From: the human T2T-CHM13v2.0 reference genome, Homo sapiens
DNA length: 64,000 bases
Assembly (NCBI RefSeq): GCF_009914755.1
Contig: NC_060925.1
Direction: 5' to 3' (one strand)
Part shown: piece after piece, positions 41,717-55,878 of the stretch
Position numbering within the stretch: position 1 is the first letter of the stretch
Layout of the letters: the number at the start of each line of letters is the position of its first letter
Notes under the pieces: model-generated
What the model was told of the DNA's origin: nothing
Seen by the model: only the letters and a program-made list of their open reading frames with translations
The model's database searches: none
Position numbers and translations under genes: made by a program

Positions 41717-42130
41717 TGTGGGTGTATCACCCAGATATCTTTTTAGAAAGGAGGAGCACATTCTGCCAGGCACTGCTGAGTTCCTCTTCAGGAATTGTCC
41801 TCAGCTAAAGGGACCTGGCTCACTGAGGGTTGTGCCTCTTTCCCAAGGACAGCCTGAATCCAGTTTCTGGGCAACATGGCACCACAGAAGCCCAAATGGC
41901 TCACCTTGACTTGGAACAATCCTGAAGGGCCATCCTAACTCCAGACATGTGATCTCTGTCATAATCTTTTATAGTAATGGAGATCTGTTGTAGCTATATG
42001 ACTCTTCAATTTCTCTTTCTGCCTGATGCTGCTGTCTGCTTCTTAAAAGTGTTTATTCTGAGAGCACTCTCCAATAAATCTCCTGTTAATAGACCAATCT
42101 CTGTCTTACAGTGTATTTCCTAGGGAGCCT
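41717..42130 (+). mobile_element. LTR16-family ERVL LTR
   Basis: gagcactctccaataaatctcctg...tctctgtcttacagtgtatttcctaggga 3' end. Confidence 0.65.
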
Positions 42131-43094
42131 CCTTATGATGTAAAGTTTGTGGGTTCTGTTAAGTTGACAGCTGTATGGTGTTCTCTGTTATTTTCTGTTT
42201 TTCAAGAGGAAATACCTGAATAGTCGGAATGGTTGCTGCCATAGTCTCACTGAATGTGAGAGACACAGCATGTTTGTATGCTTATAGGAATAATTCAGTA
42301 GAGACAGAAAAATTGACTCAGGAGACTAACGGGTAGGATTTAGCAAAACAGTGAAACAGTTTCCCCTCACAACCATTTCACTTTTAGGAATTTGGACAAT
42401 TTATCAATGTTAATAGGAAAAGAGGCAGAGTAAATAAGTTGGATGTAGGTGAGTAGATAAATACGGTGGTAGAAGCTCATGAAAATTCTCTTATGCTTAC
42501 TTCTATTTTCTCAGTAAACTCAGGAGCAAAATTACCTCTAGACAGCAATTGTTGGAAGAATATTTGGAAATTTGAAGAAAAAAAGATGGAAAATAATGAT
42601 AAGTGTAGGAGAATAAATGGATAAAGCAAATACAGTATCATTACTAGGCCACACAACTTTAAAATGTGTAGTTCTGTTTTGCTCCAGTCATATTTAATTT
42701 TATAGGTGCTAATGTGCAATAAGTATAGAGTCAGAATTAAATATAATTGTGATTTTGTCATGTAAGTGTAGGAAGCAAGAGAATAAATGAAGAGGTGAAT
42801 GTATATGAAATAAAATGATGATATACACTAGTGAATTTAAGCTGAGCAAAAAAGGCAAGTGAGTATAAGAGGAAAGTGAATGGACATGAAAAAGGTAGTA
42901 AGATCAAATATTAGTGGGGTTCTAAATTACTTTCAGAGTCATAGTATTAAACAAAGTGAGCTGGAAAGATTGGAAATGGTGGTCATGGGTATTTTGAAAT
43001 TGGGGTAATAGAATGGATACCATTATTGTAGTTACAAAGACTAGGGTGTAACCAAAGAAGTGTTTGAGAAGGTATGGAGAATGTGACCTTTTGA

Positions 43095-44108
43095 AATCGA
43101 TTCTCTTAACACTTTTCAAGAATATAGTATGTTGTTATTAACTATAGTCACCATGTTACCATGTTGTACAATATATCTCTTGTATGTATTCCTCCTAACT
43201 GAAGTTTTGTTTCTTTTGACCAATGTCCCCCTCAAAGGTCCCCATCCAGCCCCTAGGAATCACTATTCTACTGTCTACTTCTGTAAAGTTTAGTTTGACT
43301 ATAGCTTCTAGAGAGTTTGAGTTTTTTAGATTCCTTGTCTAAGTAAGATAATACAGTATTTTCCTTTCTGTGCCTGGCTCAACATGATGCATTTCCAGTT
43401 CATCCATGTTGTCTCAAATGGAAGAATCTGCTTCTCTTTCAAAGGCTGCATTGTTTTTGATTGTGTATATAGTACATTTTCCTTATCCATTCACCTTTTG
43501 ATGGATACTTAGATTGATTTCATATCTTGGCTACTGTAAATAATGTTGCATTGAACATGGGAGTACAGGTACCTCTTTAAAATACTGATTTCATTACCTT
43601 TGAATATATACCCAGTAATTGGATAGCTGGGTCATATGGTAGTTCTACTTTTAAGTTTTTGAGGAAACGTCATACTGGTTTTTCATAAGGTTTTTCTTAA
43701 GCTGGCCCAACTACATTTCCACAAACAGTATACAAGTTCCCTTTTCTCTACGTTCTTGCCAACACTTGCTATCTTTCATCATTTTGATGATCGTTATTCT
43801 AACAGGTGTGTGGTAATATTGTGGATAGGTGTGAGGTCCTATCTCATTGTATACAGATGTGAGGTAGTATCTCATTGTAATTTAACTTTGCATTTCCCTG
43901 ATGATTAGCGATGGTAAGCATGTTTTCATATGCCTGTTTACTATTTGTATGCCTTCTTTCGAGAAATATCCACCCAAGGCTTTTGCCCAATTTTAATCAG
44001 TTTGGTTATTTTTTTTGCTATTGAATTGAGTTCCTTATTTACTCTGGATATTAACACTTTATCAAATATATGGTTTGCTAATACTTTTTACTGTTTCATA
44101 GGTTGTCT
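43095..44108 (-). mobile_element. L1MA (MA8/9-like) 3' region
   Basis: ttattaactatagtcaccatgtt...gtacaatatatctcttg; cccagtaattggatagctgggtcatatggtagttcta; tttgcatttccctgatgattag. Confidence 0.85.
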
Positions 44109-44924
44109 AGGAAGTGAGTTTTTGATGTGTGACTCAAAACTGGGTGATTTATATGGGAAATAGTAAAAGTGATTTGAAAATAGTAATAAGGACAAGAAGA
44201 AAAAATGACTATCTGGACCTATTAGATCCACTGATTTGAGAATCCAAACACCAACCATATAAGAGAACTTATAGAGATAGCATATGAGATCTCACAGGAG
44301 ATTCAGGCTTAGTTAAAAGGAGGAGAAGAGAATGATCAGAGAAGGGGTTGAGGACATAAGTAAGCGTATTGATGACATACTGTATGTTCCAAAGGGCAAG
44401 GGAAAAGTTTTTAAGTGTTGGAAAGCGGTGGAAATTATGCTTAAAAGAGGCATTATATACAGCCTTAATGAAACTAAAGAGATAAGAGATAATCTGTGAC
44501 ATCCAGGTTTCTTTTGGGAAATGACAAAAGTTGGGAGAAAAGCTTGATGAGATATTCTCACAGAAGGTTTTTTGGAGAAGTGGTCATTATCAGACAAAGA
44601 TAGAGAGGTAGAGGCAGATAGGCCATTAAAAGAGTGATCTTATTCTGAGTACAAGAAACTCCTGGCCATTTAATACTACATGATGATGGTCTCAACGTGT
44701 GCCCAGTAATGATTTGAGGCGTGATCATGCACAACACACCGAGTTTCTCTGTTCACTACTACTAGGCATTGATGTCTCGGGTACCTGGTTTTCTTCAAGA
44801 ATGGATGTTTTCTCTCAATCCATCTTTCATGATTCCTTCTTTTTGAAATTATGTTTATTTAATTTCTCTACATTTCTATTGATTGTTTTCCTTTTGATTT
44901 TTAGCGACTTTTCATAAGTTTTAA

Positions 44925-45222
44925 TTTTTTTTAAGAGACAGAATCTCACTGTATTGCATAGGCTGGAAGGTAATGGCAAGCTCATAGCTCATTGCAGCCT
45001 TCAACTCCTGGGCTCAAGGGATCCTCCCACCTCAGACTCCCAAGTAGTTGGGACTACAGGTGTGCACCACCACACCTAGCTATTTTTTTTTTTAATTTTT
45101 ATTTTGCAGTGGCAGAGTCTTGCTATGTTGCCCAGGCTGGTCTCCAATTCCTGGACTCAAATGATTCTCTCACCTCAGCCTCTCAAAGTGCAGGGATTAT
45201 GGGTGTAAGCCACTGTACCCAA
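44925..45222 (-). mobile_element. AluJ
   Basis: catagctcattgcagccttcaactcctgggctcaag...tgctatgttgcccaggctggtctc. Confidence 0.9.
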
Positions 45223-45239
45223 CTTATAACTTTTTGAAT

Positions 45240-46010
45240 AAAAATTATTTGTAAGCTATATGTGTTGTAAATCTCTTCCTTCAATTTATGAATAGCATTA
45301 TTTCTACAGAAAATTGGAAGTTCTCAAAATTGTACTATAATTAAATTTATTAATATGTTTATCTATGGTTTAGATTTTCTATGCTTTATTTTAAAAATGC
45401 TTTATCTTTTACTTTCATAATTATGTTCTATATTTTTCTCTAAAAGTTTCAAGGAATTACCTTTCACATTTAACCCCTTAAGCTATATGGAATTGATTTT
45501 TGTGTGTGATATGAAGTAATGATCCAATTTAACTTTTCTGTCACATGAAAAACAGTTTTTTAAGTATCAGCTTTTGCATATTCTTTCTTACCCATTGTTT
45601 TTTCAATGTCACTTGCATAGCTAACACGTCAGATTTGTGAATATGTGAAAATCTGTTTCTGGAATTTCTACTCTGCTCTATCAGTCTATATTCCTACTCA
45701 GCACAAATATCATGCAAATATTTTACAAGAACTTATAATACATTCTCTTATTTAGTTGCACAAGTCCATGCAACTTATTCTTCTTCAGGATTGCTTAGCT
45801 ATTCTTGTAATTTTCCGTCTGTATAAACTTCTGAATCACCTTGTCAAAATTTATGATAAAAGCTTTTCATAAATTCAGTAGAAGAGCATTGATTTTATAG
45901 ATTATTTTCTGGGGGCAGAAATAACATATTTAAGGTACTAAATCTTCCTCTGCATGAACATAATGTGTCTTCATTTACTGAAAGTTTCTCTTGTTTATTT
46001 GATTATTGTA
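45240..46010 (-). mobile_element. Old L1M ORF2 fragment
   Basis: ggaattgatttttgtgtgtgatatgaagta; ttcttcttcaggattg.cttagctattcttg. Confidence 0.65.
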
Positions 46011-46324
46011 TTATAGCTTTCAACATAAAGTCCTCTGTACACATATCCATGTCTCTCTCTGTCTCTGTATGTGTGTATTGTGTTGACTTGTTTGTATTTT
46101 ATCTTATGTTAGGAAATTTATTTTATTAGTTCTTATCAGTAACATATAGCTCATTAACTTGCTGAGGTACTGGTATAAGATATAGACTCTATAGTTATAG
46201 ATATTTATATTTCAAACATAAAATATAACCCTTTATTCATTAAACAATGTTCTTTACAAGAATATGTCCATTTTAACAAAAAGATTAAATGAAAAATAAA
46301 TATACAATTGCTTTAAAAATTTGC

Positions 46325-46470
46325 TTTTAGTCACTCTGTAACTTCAGGCAAATCAGGTGTCCATCAAGTGCTTCAGTTTCCTCATCTTTAACTGGGAATA
46401 AAGCTAAGCACCACTAATAGAATTAATGTGAGAATTGCATGCGCTATGATAGGTTCATAACTTAGATGGC
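46325..46470 (+). mobile_element. MIR
   Basis: tgtaacttcaggcaaatca...cttcagtttcctcatctttaactgggaata. Confidence 0.65.
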
Positions 46471-46801
46471 AGACAGCAATGCTAAGTGCTCCCTCCTTTT
46501 ATTTTTATTGCGAGAGCAACACTGACACTTTCTCTTGTCTTCATTATAATTTAATATGCATCTTACATCTAGCAGTCAGGGATTGTTTTAAAAAGGCGGC
46601 ACTTCGAAACTTTAATCCCTGAGATAAATTTTTAACATTACAACACAAAGTCACCCTATCTACTTTTGGTTTTCCAAATACCCTAAAACTCGAGCCATAT
46701 TTTGTGAAGTTACTCAGTCTGTAACCAAAGCAATTTTCCCCTAACTTTTGTGATGCTGAAGCCTCAAAAATATGTGATAATTTTTGCAGATATAAAAATT
46801 A

Positions 46802-46960
<159 letters not shown>

Positions 46961-48089
46961 AAAAATTATGGTTAGAAAATTGTTATCTTTCCACTATAGA
47001 CAGATTTGCAAATTTTTACCCCCAGAAACATGGTGAATATGTGATATGTTTTTAATTCTCCTGCACACAGTCTTTAAAAGTAAACTACTTTACTCTCCTA
47101 AATGCTTTGTCTCTGTCTTTTTTTTCGTAGTATGTTTTCCTTGTTCCATAATAATAAGCTTATCTATGTAATATTTTCCCTTAGTAGCAGAAAAACACCA
47201 CTTAGGAAGAATATTTTAATAATGAATATTTGAGGACATTTTTGGAAAAAAATGTGGAAGAGTTACACAACTTGACACAAATATTCTCACTGCGTGGGAC
47301 CAAAAATTTAATCAAGATTGTGAAGAGAGGCCATCTGCATTAAGAAAATATGTTACCATTTTCCTCTTCACATTCTTCCTCTTTCCTGTTGTCTTTTCTG
47401 TGCTCTACACATTGACCTAGTAGACAGACATGAGAATGCCTACAAGGCAAACTCCTGGGTGTGTTCCCACTGTCCACATCAATCACATTTAAAGGGTAAT
47501 AGATCTCTTGTTCTATTGAACACACACTCTTCCTCCAATATATCATAGCCTATCTCATCACAAATTAAAATGAAGTCAAACAAACCTTGGGAAATCTGAA
47601 ATTTTATATTTGGGGATTGATTCTTTCATTTTTTCCCAGATATGTAAATTTTCCACTCTTTACTTAGAGCTCCTGCCCCAAAAGATTATTTATATTTGTT
47701 TGTATTGTGCAATCAATTTCTAAGGTGCTAGAACTAAAAGTTTCACATGAGTTTCTGTTCTAAAAGATTGAATAGTGACTCCTTTAGAGTGTTAGGTACT
47801 TGTACACTCTTTTTTATGTACATACCTCAGTTAACCTTGGTAATGACAGTGACATGATGTTTGACCTTCGATAAAGATGTGGACTTTCGTGGGGTGAATT
47901 ATTCTGGAGCTCCAAGATAACCACACACCTCCAGTGCTTGAAACTATCAAAATTTCAAAGAACGGGAAGTAAGTTTACATGAAGTAGCCTCAATAGACAT
48001 GATTGCTTGATTGATTCACCTGTGATAATGGGATTTACTCTGAAAGTAAAACTAATGATGATAGTAATAATTTCTAATAAGATGACTTA

Positions 48090-48680
48090 CACCAGTGAGT
48101 TCCAGGAAAAAGTGGCACTGATCCCTGGGAGTATTTTGGAAATGTGGTACAACAGGGATTGCCACAATCATTGAGGAATGTTACTAATGAAGGAACAAGA
48201 CTGTTCCATATCCTACAATGCTAAGGACAGTCCTCACAAAGACATATTTCCTGCATCAGTGGTGCTTTTAAGATGATAGCTGTAGATATACATAGGTGGA
48301 AAACCCTTTTGAAATTATTTGAATGTATAAGCTAATTCCATTTTACATGTAAGCAAATAGTATTCTTGCAAAGTTTAATAGGCAGTAAATTTTCCAGGAA
48401 TGCATCTGTTATGTAAATCAAGGAAGGATTGTAGTGTATTCTTCAAAGCTTTACTAAGTGTTGTTTAATATTTCAGAAAATTTTATCCCTGGCTACAATT
48501 CTGCCCACAATATTTGAGGAGATAATACAATTCAATCAGTCTGTTTTGTTACTGTTGTATCAAGAAGATTCTAAAAGTGATCCCCAGTATGAATGTAGGC
48601 ATCTGACTATAAAGTTTTTGACAAGGCTGAGCATTTCCACATAGAAGTACAATACATTTGAAATTATTTTCATTATATTC
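48090..48680. mobile_element. hAT-Charlie fossil (MER20B-like)
   Basis: catatcctacaatgctaaggacagtcctcacaaag motif; subfamily uncertain. Confidence 0.45.
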
Positions 48681-49175
48681 CTCTTTCATATTAAGAATAT
48701 GTTAAAGTTCTCTAAAAAGGATGTGTGACAGAGTATCATGTAAGAAGATAGATAGCTCCGTAACTTCAATATGGGACAAGCACAAAATCTGTCAATAAAG
48801 TAAGCAAAGGTTAATCTTATATTTTAAGTATTTCTAAAATGACAAAACACTAAATAAGTAGTTTTGACAACTTGATCATATGTTAGAATCACTCTCTCCA
48901 GGTACCCTCAAGGCCAATTAAATCAGAAATCTGGGGTGACATTCAGGCATCAGATTATTAAACCCTGTTTAAATGATTGAAATTCTGCAGGCAAATCTCT
49001 GCCAAGTTAACGTATAGAAAAAGAGCACTCACTGGGGAACACTCTAGAGCAATATGTAATTATATTTCACAATTACTACCTTTTCCTCTCCTTCACACGA
49101 TAGTCTTCCTACTCTCATATATTGATTAGTTTTCTCACTTATACACACACACACAGACATATATATTATACAATT

Positions 49176-49412
49176 CAGGGGTGTCCAATCTTTTGGCTTC
49201 CCTGAGCCACATTGGAATAAGAAGAGTTGTCTTGGGCCACACATAAAATACACTAACACTAATGATAGCTTCTGAGCTAAAAACAAAAAAACAAGAACAA
49301 ACAAAATGCAAAAAAAAACTCATGTTTAAGAAAGTTCACAAATTTGTTTTGGGCTGCATTCAAAGCCATCCTGGGCCACAGGTGGCCCGCAGGCCGTGGG
49401 CTGGACAAGCTT
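49176..49412 (+). mobile_element. MER30
   Basis: caggggtgtccaatcttttggcttccctg...ttcaaagccatcctgggcc...ggacaagctt. Confidence 0.92.
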
Positions 49413-49438
49413 CTTATATATATAACAAATGCTAACAC

Positions 49439-49663
49439 CAGAGTTCAGTAAATATTTTCCTATAAAGTGTCAGTAAAGTTTTTGAGATATTTTTAGATCA
49501 TAAGTTCTCCATTACAACTATTCAACTGAGCAGTTGTAGCATGAAAGTAGCTCTAGAGAATATTTAAATAAATGGGTTTGGTGGTATTCAAAAGCTTTAC
49601 TTATACAATCAGGCAGGCATTGGGCTGAATTCGGCCTGACGCAGAAATTTACTAACCACTCCT
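49439..49663 (+). mobile_element. MER58A
   Basis: acaactattcaact...ttgtagcatgaaagtagc...taaataaatgggt...gggctgaattcggcc. Confidence 0.75.
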
Positions 49664-50027
49664 ACACAAACACACACACATACATACTTAAATTACAAAT
49701 TATTTTCAGTAACATTCACAGATTCTAAGATTCAACTTAAGTAATAGTAAGAATGAACATACCCTATAAACATTACTAAGATCAAAATACATTTAAATTT
49801 TTTGATATCTGCCTTTCTGAAATTAAACATGTTGGACTATTTCCAGTTATTCACTTTTTTTGACTATTAGCATTCTAACATGAATTTTTATTTTCTCCCT
49901 AGGTTCTGGACACTTGCATAAAACCAATTAATTCTGTGTAATTGAAAAACCAAGTCCTATATAACATCTATATTTACAATATTCCTTATGTTCCAATGAA
50001 CTATACATGCAAATAAAAAAATCTATT

Positions 50028-50337
<310 letters not shown>

Positions 50338-53300
50338 TTAACTATTTTCATTTCTAGTTTCACATGTAAGGAGTTTGGAAATTACCACTCTGTCCTAAAA
50401 ACAAGTGAAAAGCTGAACACACTGAAAAATCAACTCTTTTTGTTTCCATAAGAAAGGTGAGGACACAGGGCAAACAGCCATCTCCAAGATTAGAGATACA
50501 GACAGGCGAATACAGGGAGCTACAGCTGAGTGAAGTGGAGACTCAGCAGCAGGAAGTGCCACAGGAGCCAGTGTCAGAATAGAAAAACTCGAATCTGGCC
50601 AGAGGCTCAGAGTAGACAAGTCTTTGCTTTAAAAGCTCCAAGGCAATCCAGTCATAAGGGGGTTCCCACCATATTGTGAGATTTTCCTCCAGGAATTTGA
50701 TGAGGATCCCACAGTAAATATTGAAGAAAAATCTCATTATACTTCCTGCAGTGGGAGGGGAAAAGGAACCATTTTGATATATGCCAGACCAGAGCACTCT
50801 TCTTGTTAACAAGGCCTGCCATCAGCAGAAACTACTTCAGCTGCTGGGATATTATCAGAGCCTAACTGACCCACAGGAAAGAAAATATACAACTTCAGCC
50901 AGCTCTAGCCTTAAATCTGTGAGGAAAGAACTACTAAACTCTAGCTCATTCTAGGCTTTAACATGAAAGAAAGGAAATATCCAGTCTGGCATCTTGTATT
51001 CCACCTAAGGGAGTGAGGAAAAGGTGAAATATTTATGAAGTTAACAGTGCAGAGACATAGGGTCACTAAACAACTGAGACCTAATCATAGGATTATAGAA
51101 TGTTTCCTCTCCCCGACAGCCTACTATTACATTACCGAAGGCCTATTTACAGCAGTTCCTTTTACCCAGTACACCATGTCCAGCTATCAAGAAAATATCA
51201 CGAGGCTTACCAAAAGGTTAAAAACATACTTTGAAGAAACAGAGCAGGCATCCAAACCAGCCATGGCAGGGATGTTGAAATTATCGGACTGGGAATATAA
51301 AACAACTATGACTTCTATGCAATGGCTCCAATGGATAAAGTAGGCAGCATACAAGAAGAGATGGGCAATGTCAGCACAGAGATGAAAATCCTAAGAACCT
51401 ACCAGAAAGAAATGCTAGAGACCCAAAACACTGTAACAGAAATAAAGAATGCTTTTGATGAGCTTGTTAGTAGACTGGGCATGGCTGAGGAGAGACTCTA
51501 TGAGTCTGTGGATATTTCAATAGAGACTTTGAATACGGAAAAAATGAAGAGAACAGAGACTAAGAAAACCAAAACAAAATATATATGAACTGTGGGACAA
51601 ATACAAAAGGTATAACTAACGTGTAAAGGAAATACAAGAATGAAAATAAAGGAACAGAAGAGATATTTGAAATAATAGTGACTATAAATTTCCCCCAAAT
51701 TAATGCCAGACACCAAACCACAGACCCAAGAAGCTCAGAGAATACCACACAAGATAAATACTCAAGAATCCATATCTAGGCTTATCATTTTTAAGTTAGA
51801 GAAGATGAAAGATGAACAGAAATCTTGAAAGAAGCCACAGGGAGAAAAGAACACCTTACCAATAGAGAGGCCTGCAATCTGGAGAAGCTAGTTAGGAATT
51901 AAGGCTATTTTGTTATAAGGTACTCTAACTGTGAAATGGTACACTCTTATTTGAGAAGTGTACTTGGGTTAATCATAACTGTATATTGAAAACTCTTGGG
52001 TGCCCACTAAAAAAAGTAAAAGCAGAAGCATAATTGATGTGCTAAGAAAGGAGAGAAAAAAAAATTCTCAACTAAAATCACAAAAAACAGAAGAGTAGAT
52101 GACAAAAATAGGAAAAAAGCACAAGGGCCAAAAATAGAAAGCATGAAAAATATGGTAATATTAATCCAATTATATCAACAATTACTTTGAATGTCAATGA
52201 TTTAAATGTACCAGTGAACAACAGAAATTGAGTGGATCAAACAAGACCCAATGACACGTTGTCTATAAGAAACCCACTTTATGTGTAATGACACATATAG
52301 TTTAAAAGTAAATGAATGGTAAGAAAATACATCACACTAACACTAATATAAGAAAGCAGGAGTGGCTATGTTAATTTCAGACAGAGCTGACTTCAAAGGA
52401 AGGGAAGTTATCAGAAATAAAGAAGGGGATTACATGACAAATAGGTCAGTTCTCCAAGATGACATAAGAGTCCTTGATGCATATGCACCCAAAAACAGCG
52501 CAGTAAACTATGTGAGGCAAAAGCTAATACAAATGCAAGGAGAAATAGATGAATCTACTATCACAGTTAGAGACTTCAACATTCCTCTATTAAACATGGA
52601 CAGATTCAGTAGGCAGAAAATTAGTAAGGACAGAGTTAAACTCAACAATGCCACCAATCAACTGGATATAATTGACATCTACAGTATACTTCACCCAACA
52701 ACAGCAGAATGTACACATTCTTTTCAAATTCACATGGAACATACACCAAGATAGACCAAATTTTAAACCATGAAACACTCTGACAATTTTAAAAGAATAG
52801 AAGTCATACAACATCTGCTCTCAGACCATGATATCACTAACTAGAAACTAGTTACAGAAAGATGACAGGAAATCCCAAAATAGGTGGAGATTAAACAACA
52901 CACTATTAAATAACTCACAGATCAAAGAAGTTAAGAGAAATTTAAAAATATTTTGAACTACATAAAATGAAAACATAACTTACCAACATTTGTGGAATGT
53001 AGTGAAAGCAGTTCTTACAGGAAAATTTGTAGTATTAAATGCAAATATTTGAAAAGAAGAAAGATCTAAAATCAATTGTCTAAGATTCTGCTTTAGGAAA
53101 TTAGAAACATAAGCGTAAATTAAATCCAAAGTTTGAAGAAGAAATGTAATATAAGAATTCGAGCAGAAAGTGACCACACTGAAAATGGGAAATCAATAGA
53201 GAAAATTGATGAAACCAAAGCTGCTTTTTTGAATGCGTTAGTAAATCCCACAGGCACCTAGCCAGGCTAACTAAGACAAAAAGAGAGAAGGCACAAATTA

Positions 53301-54723
53301 CTAATATCAGAAATGAAAGACAGGATGTTTCTACAGTTTCTAGGGACATTTATAATATGACAAATAAATACTGTGAACATTTCTATGACCACAGATTTGT
53401 TAACCTAGATTAAATGAACCAATTCCTTAAAAGACAGAAATTATCAACTATCACACAAGAAGAAATAGATAATATATATAGGCCTATATCTATAAAAATT
53501 TAATCAATAATTAATATTCTTTCAAAACAGAAATCATCAGGCCCAAATGCATGCACTGGTAAATTCTAACAAACATATAAGAAAAAAATCATACCAATTT
53601 TCTACAGTTTGAATTTTAAAACAACTAAATAATAGCAAATTTAATTGAGCAATGAATAAAAGGAATTACATATCATGATCAATTGGAATTTATTCAAGGT
53701 TTGAAAGGCCAGTTTTCCATTAAATGTCAATTTATGTAATTCATCACAATAGGCTGGAGAAAAAATTACATAATCAAATGAATAGACGCAAAAGGCATCT
53801 GACACAATATATGTGTTCATGATAAAAGCTTTTATGCAACTAAGCATAGAAGAAATGTTTCTCACCTTAATAGTAATATCTACAAAAACAGACAAAAAAA
53901 GCTAGAGCTAACATTATAATTAATGGTGAGAAGCTAGATTTCCCACTAAGATTAGGAACAAGGTAAGAATGTCAAGTGAACAACACTGCTTTTAAACTTT
54001 ATACTGGAAGTACAAGCTAATGGAATAGACAAAAGAGAAAATAAAAGTTACACTAATTAAAGAGGAAGAAATAAAACTGTCTTTGTTCACAGATGATGTG
54101 ATCATCTATGCAGAAAATGTGAAAAAAAATTGAAAAAAAACTCCCTGTAAGTGATAAACAATTGTAGCAAGTTTGAAGGGTACAAGATTAATATGTAAAA
54201 TTTAATTGCCTTCTCAGCGAACAAGTGAAACTTGAAATTAAAGACAATGCCAATTATATTAGCACCCCACAAACATAAAATACACATATATAAATGTAAC
54301 AAAATGTTTATAAGAGCTATATGAGGAAAACTAAAACACTGATGAATGAAAACAAAGAAAAGCTACATAAATGTAGTGATATTCATGTTCATGGACAGAA
54401 AGACTCAATATTGTCAAGATCCCAGTTATTCTCAACCAGGCCTATAATTTAATACAATCCCAATCAAAATTTCAGCAACAGATTGTTTGGATATTGCCAA
54501 ACTGATTCTAAAATTTATATGGAGGAGCAAAACATCCAGAATAGCCAACACAATAATGAAAAAGAAGTTGAAGCACTAACACTACTTAAATTCAGACTTA
54601 TAGTAAAGCTCAATAAAAGACAGTATAGTGTTAATAAAAAATTGACACATATATTAATGTAACAGAGTGGAGAGCCCCATTTAGATCCACACAAATAGAA
54701 TGAACAGATCTTTGACAAAGGAG

Positions 54724-54725
<2 letters not shown>

Positions 54726-54767
<42 letters not shown>
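54726..54767. repeat. (AT)21 microsatellite
   Basis: Perfect run inside the L1MC. Confidence 0.97.
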
Positions 54768-54770
<3 letters not shown>

Positions 54771-55725
54771 TGGAGAAGAGAGTATTTTAAACAATAGTGC
54801 TTGTAAAATAGGACATCCACATGCAAAATAATGAATCTAAACACAGACCTTAAACTTGTCACAAAAATGAACACTAAATGGACCATCACCTGTAATACAA
54901 AATGCAAAACTATACAACTCTTTGAAGAAAACATAGTAGAAAACCTAAATGAGCTTGGTGTAGGGATGATTTTTTTACATTAACACCAAAGACACATACC
55001 ATAAAAGAAAACATTTATAAGCTGGACTTCATTAAAATTCAAAACTTCTACTAAAGGGGCTCCCAAGGAAATGAAAACACATGGCACAGTATGGGAGGAA
55101 ATATTTGCAGAAAGCATATCTGATAAAGGTATATTATCCAAAATATAGAAAGAATTATTAAAACTCAACAATAAACAGCAAACAATCCACTTTTTAAAAC
55201 ATTGGCCAAAGACCTTAAAAAGCACCTCACCAAAGATATATAGATAGCAAATAAGCACATGAAAAGATGCGTCACTTTACATGTTATCAGGGAAATGCAA
55301 ATTAAAATGACAATTAAATACTCCTAGACACCGGTGAGAATGGTCACAATCTATAACAATGACATTAACAAGTACTCGTGAGAAAGTAGAGCAACAGCAA
55401 CTCTCATTCATTTTCTGGTGGGAACGTAGAATGGTATAGGTACTCTACAAGACAGTTTGCAGTTTCTTACAAAATTAAACAACTCATGCCGTGCTACCCA
55501 ACAAACATGATCCTTAGTGTTTCTCCAAAAATGTTGAAAATGTATGTGCACACAAACCCAAACGCAGATGTTTATAGTCGCTTTATTTATAATTGCCGAA
55601 ACCTGAAAGCAACCAAGGTGTTTTCAGGAGGTGAGTAGAAACATAAACTGTGGTACGTCCAGGCAATGGACTATTTTCAGCAGTAAAAAGAAACGAGCTT
55701 TCAAGCCACGAAAAAACATGGTAGA

Positions 55726-55878
55726 TATATCTCCTAATGTTATCCCTCCCCCATGACGAGTTAATGGGTGCAGCAGACCAACATGGCACATGTATACATA
55801 TGTAACTAAACTGCACGTTGTGCACATGTACCCTAAAACTTAAAGTATAATTAAAAAAATAAAATAAAATAAAATAAA
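55726..55878 (+). mobile_element. Miniature L1PA 3' end with 27-bp 5' inversion, nested in L1MC
   Basis: Inverted tatatctcctaatgttatccctccccc, then sense atgacgagttaatggg...A-tail; 16-bp TSD gaaaaaacatggtaga at 55710-55725 and 55879-55894. Confidence 0.93.

Noticed and set aside
44680-44800. atgatga box C-like motif suggesting a C/D snoRNA
   Set aside because: No suitably placed box D (ctga) or terminal stem.
46574-46622. 9-bp inverted repeat tcagggatt/aatccctga around a cttcgaaac motif
   Set aside because: Short stem, no tRNA cloverleaf or A box; compatible with chance.
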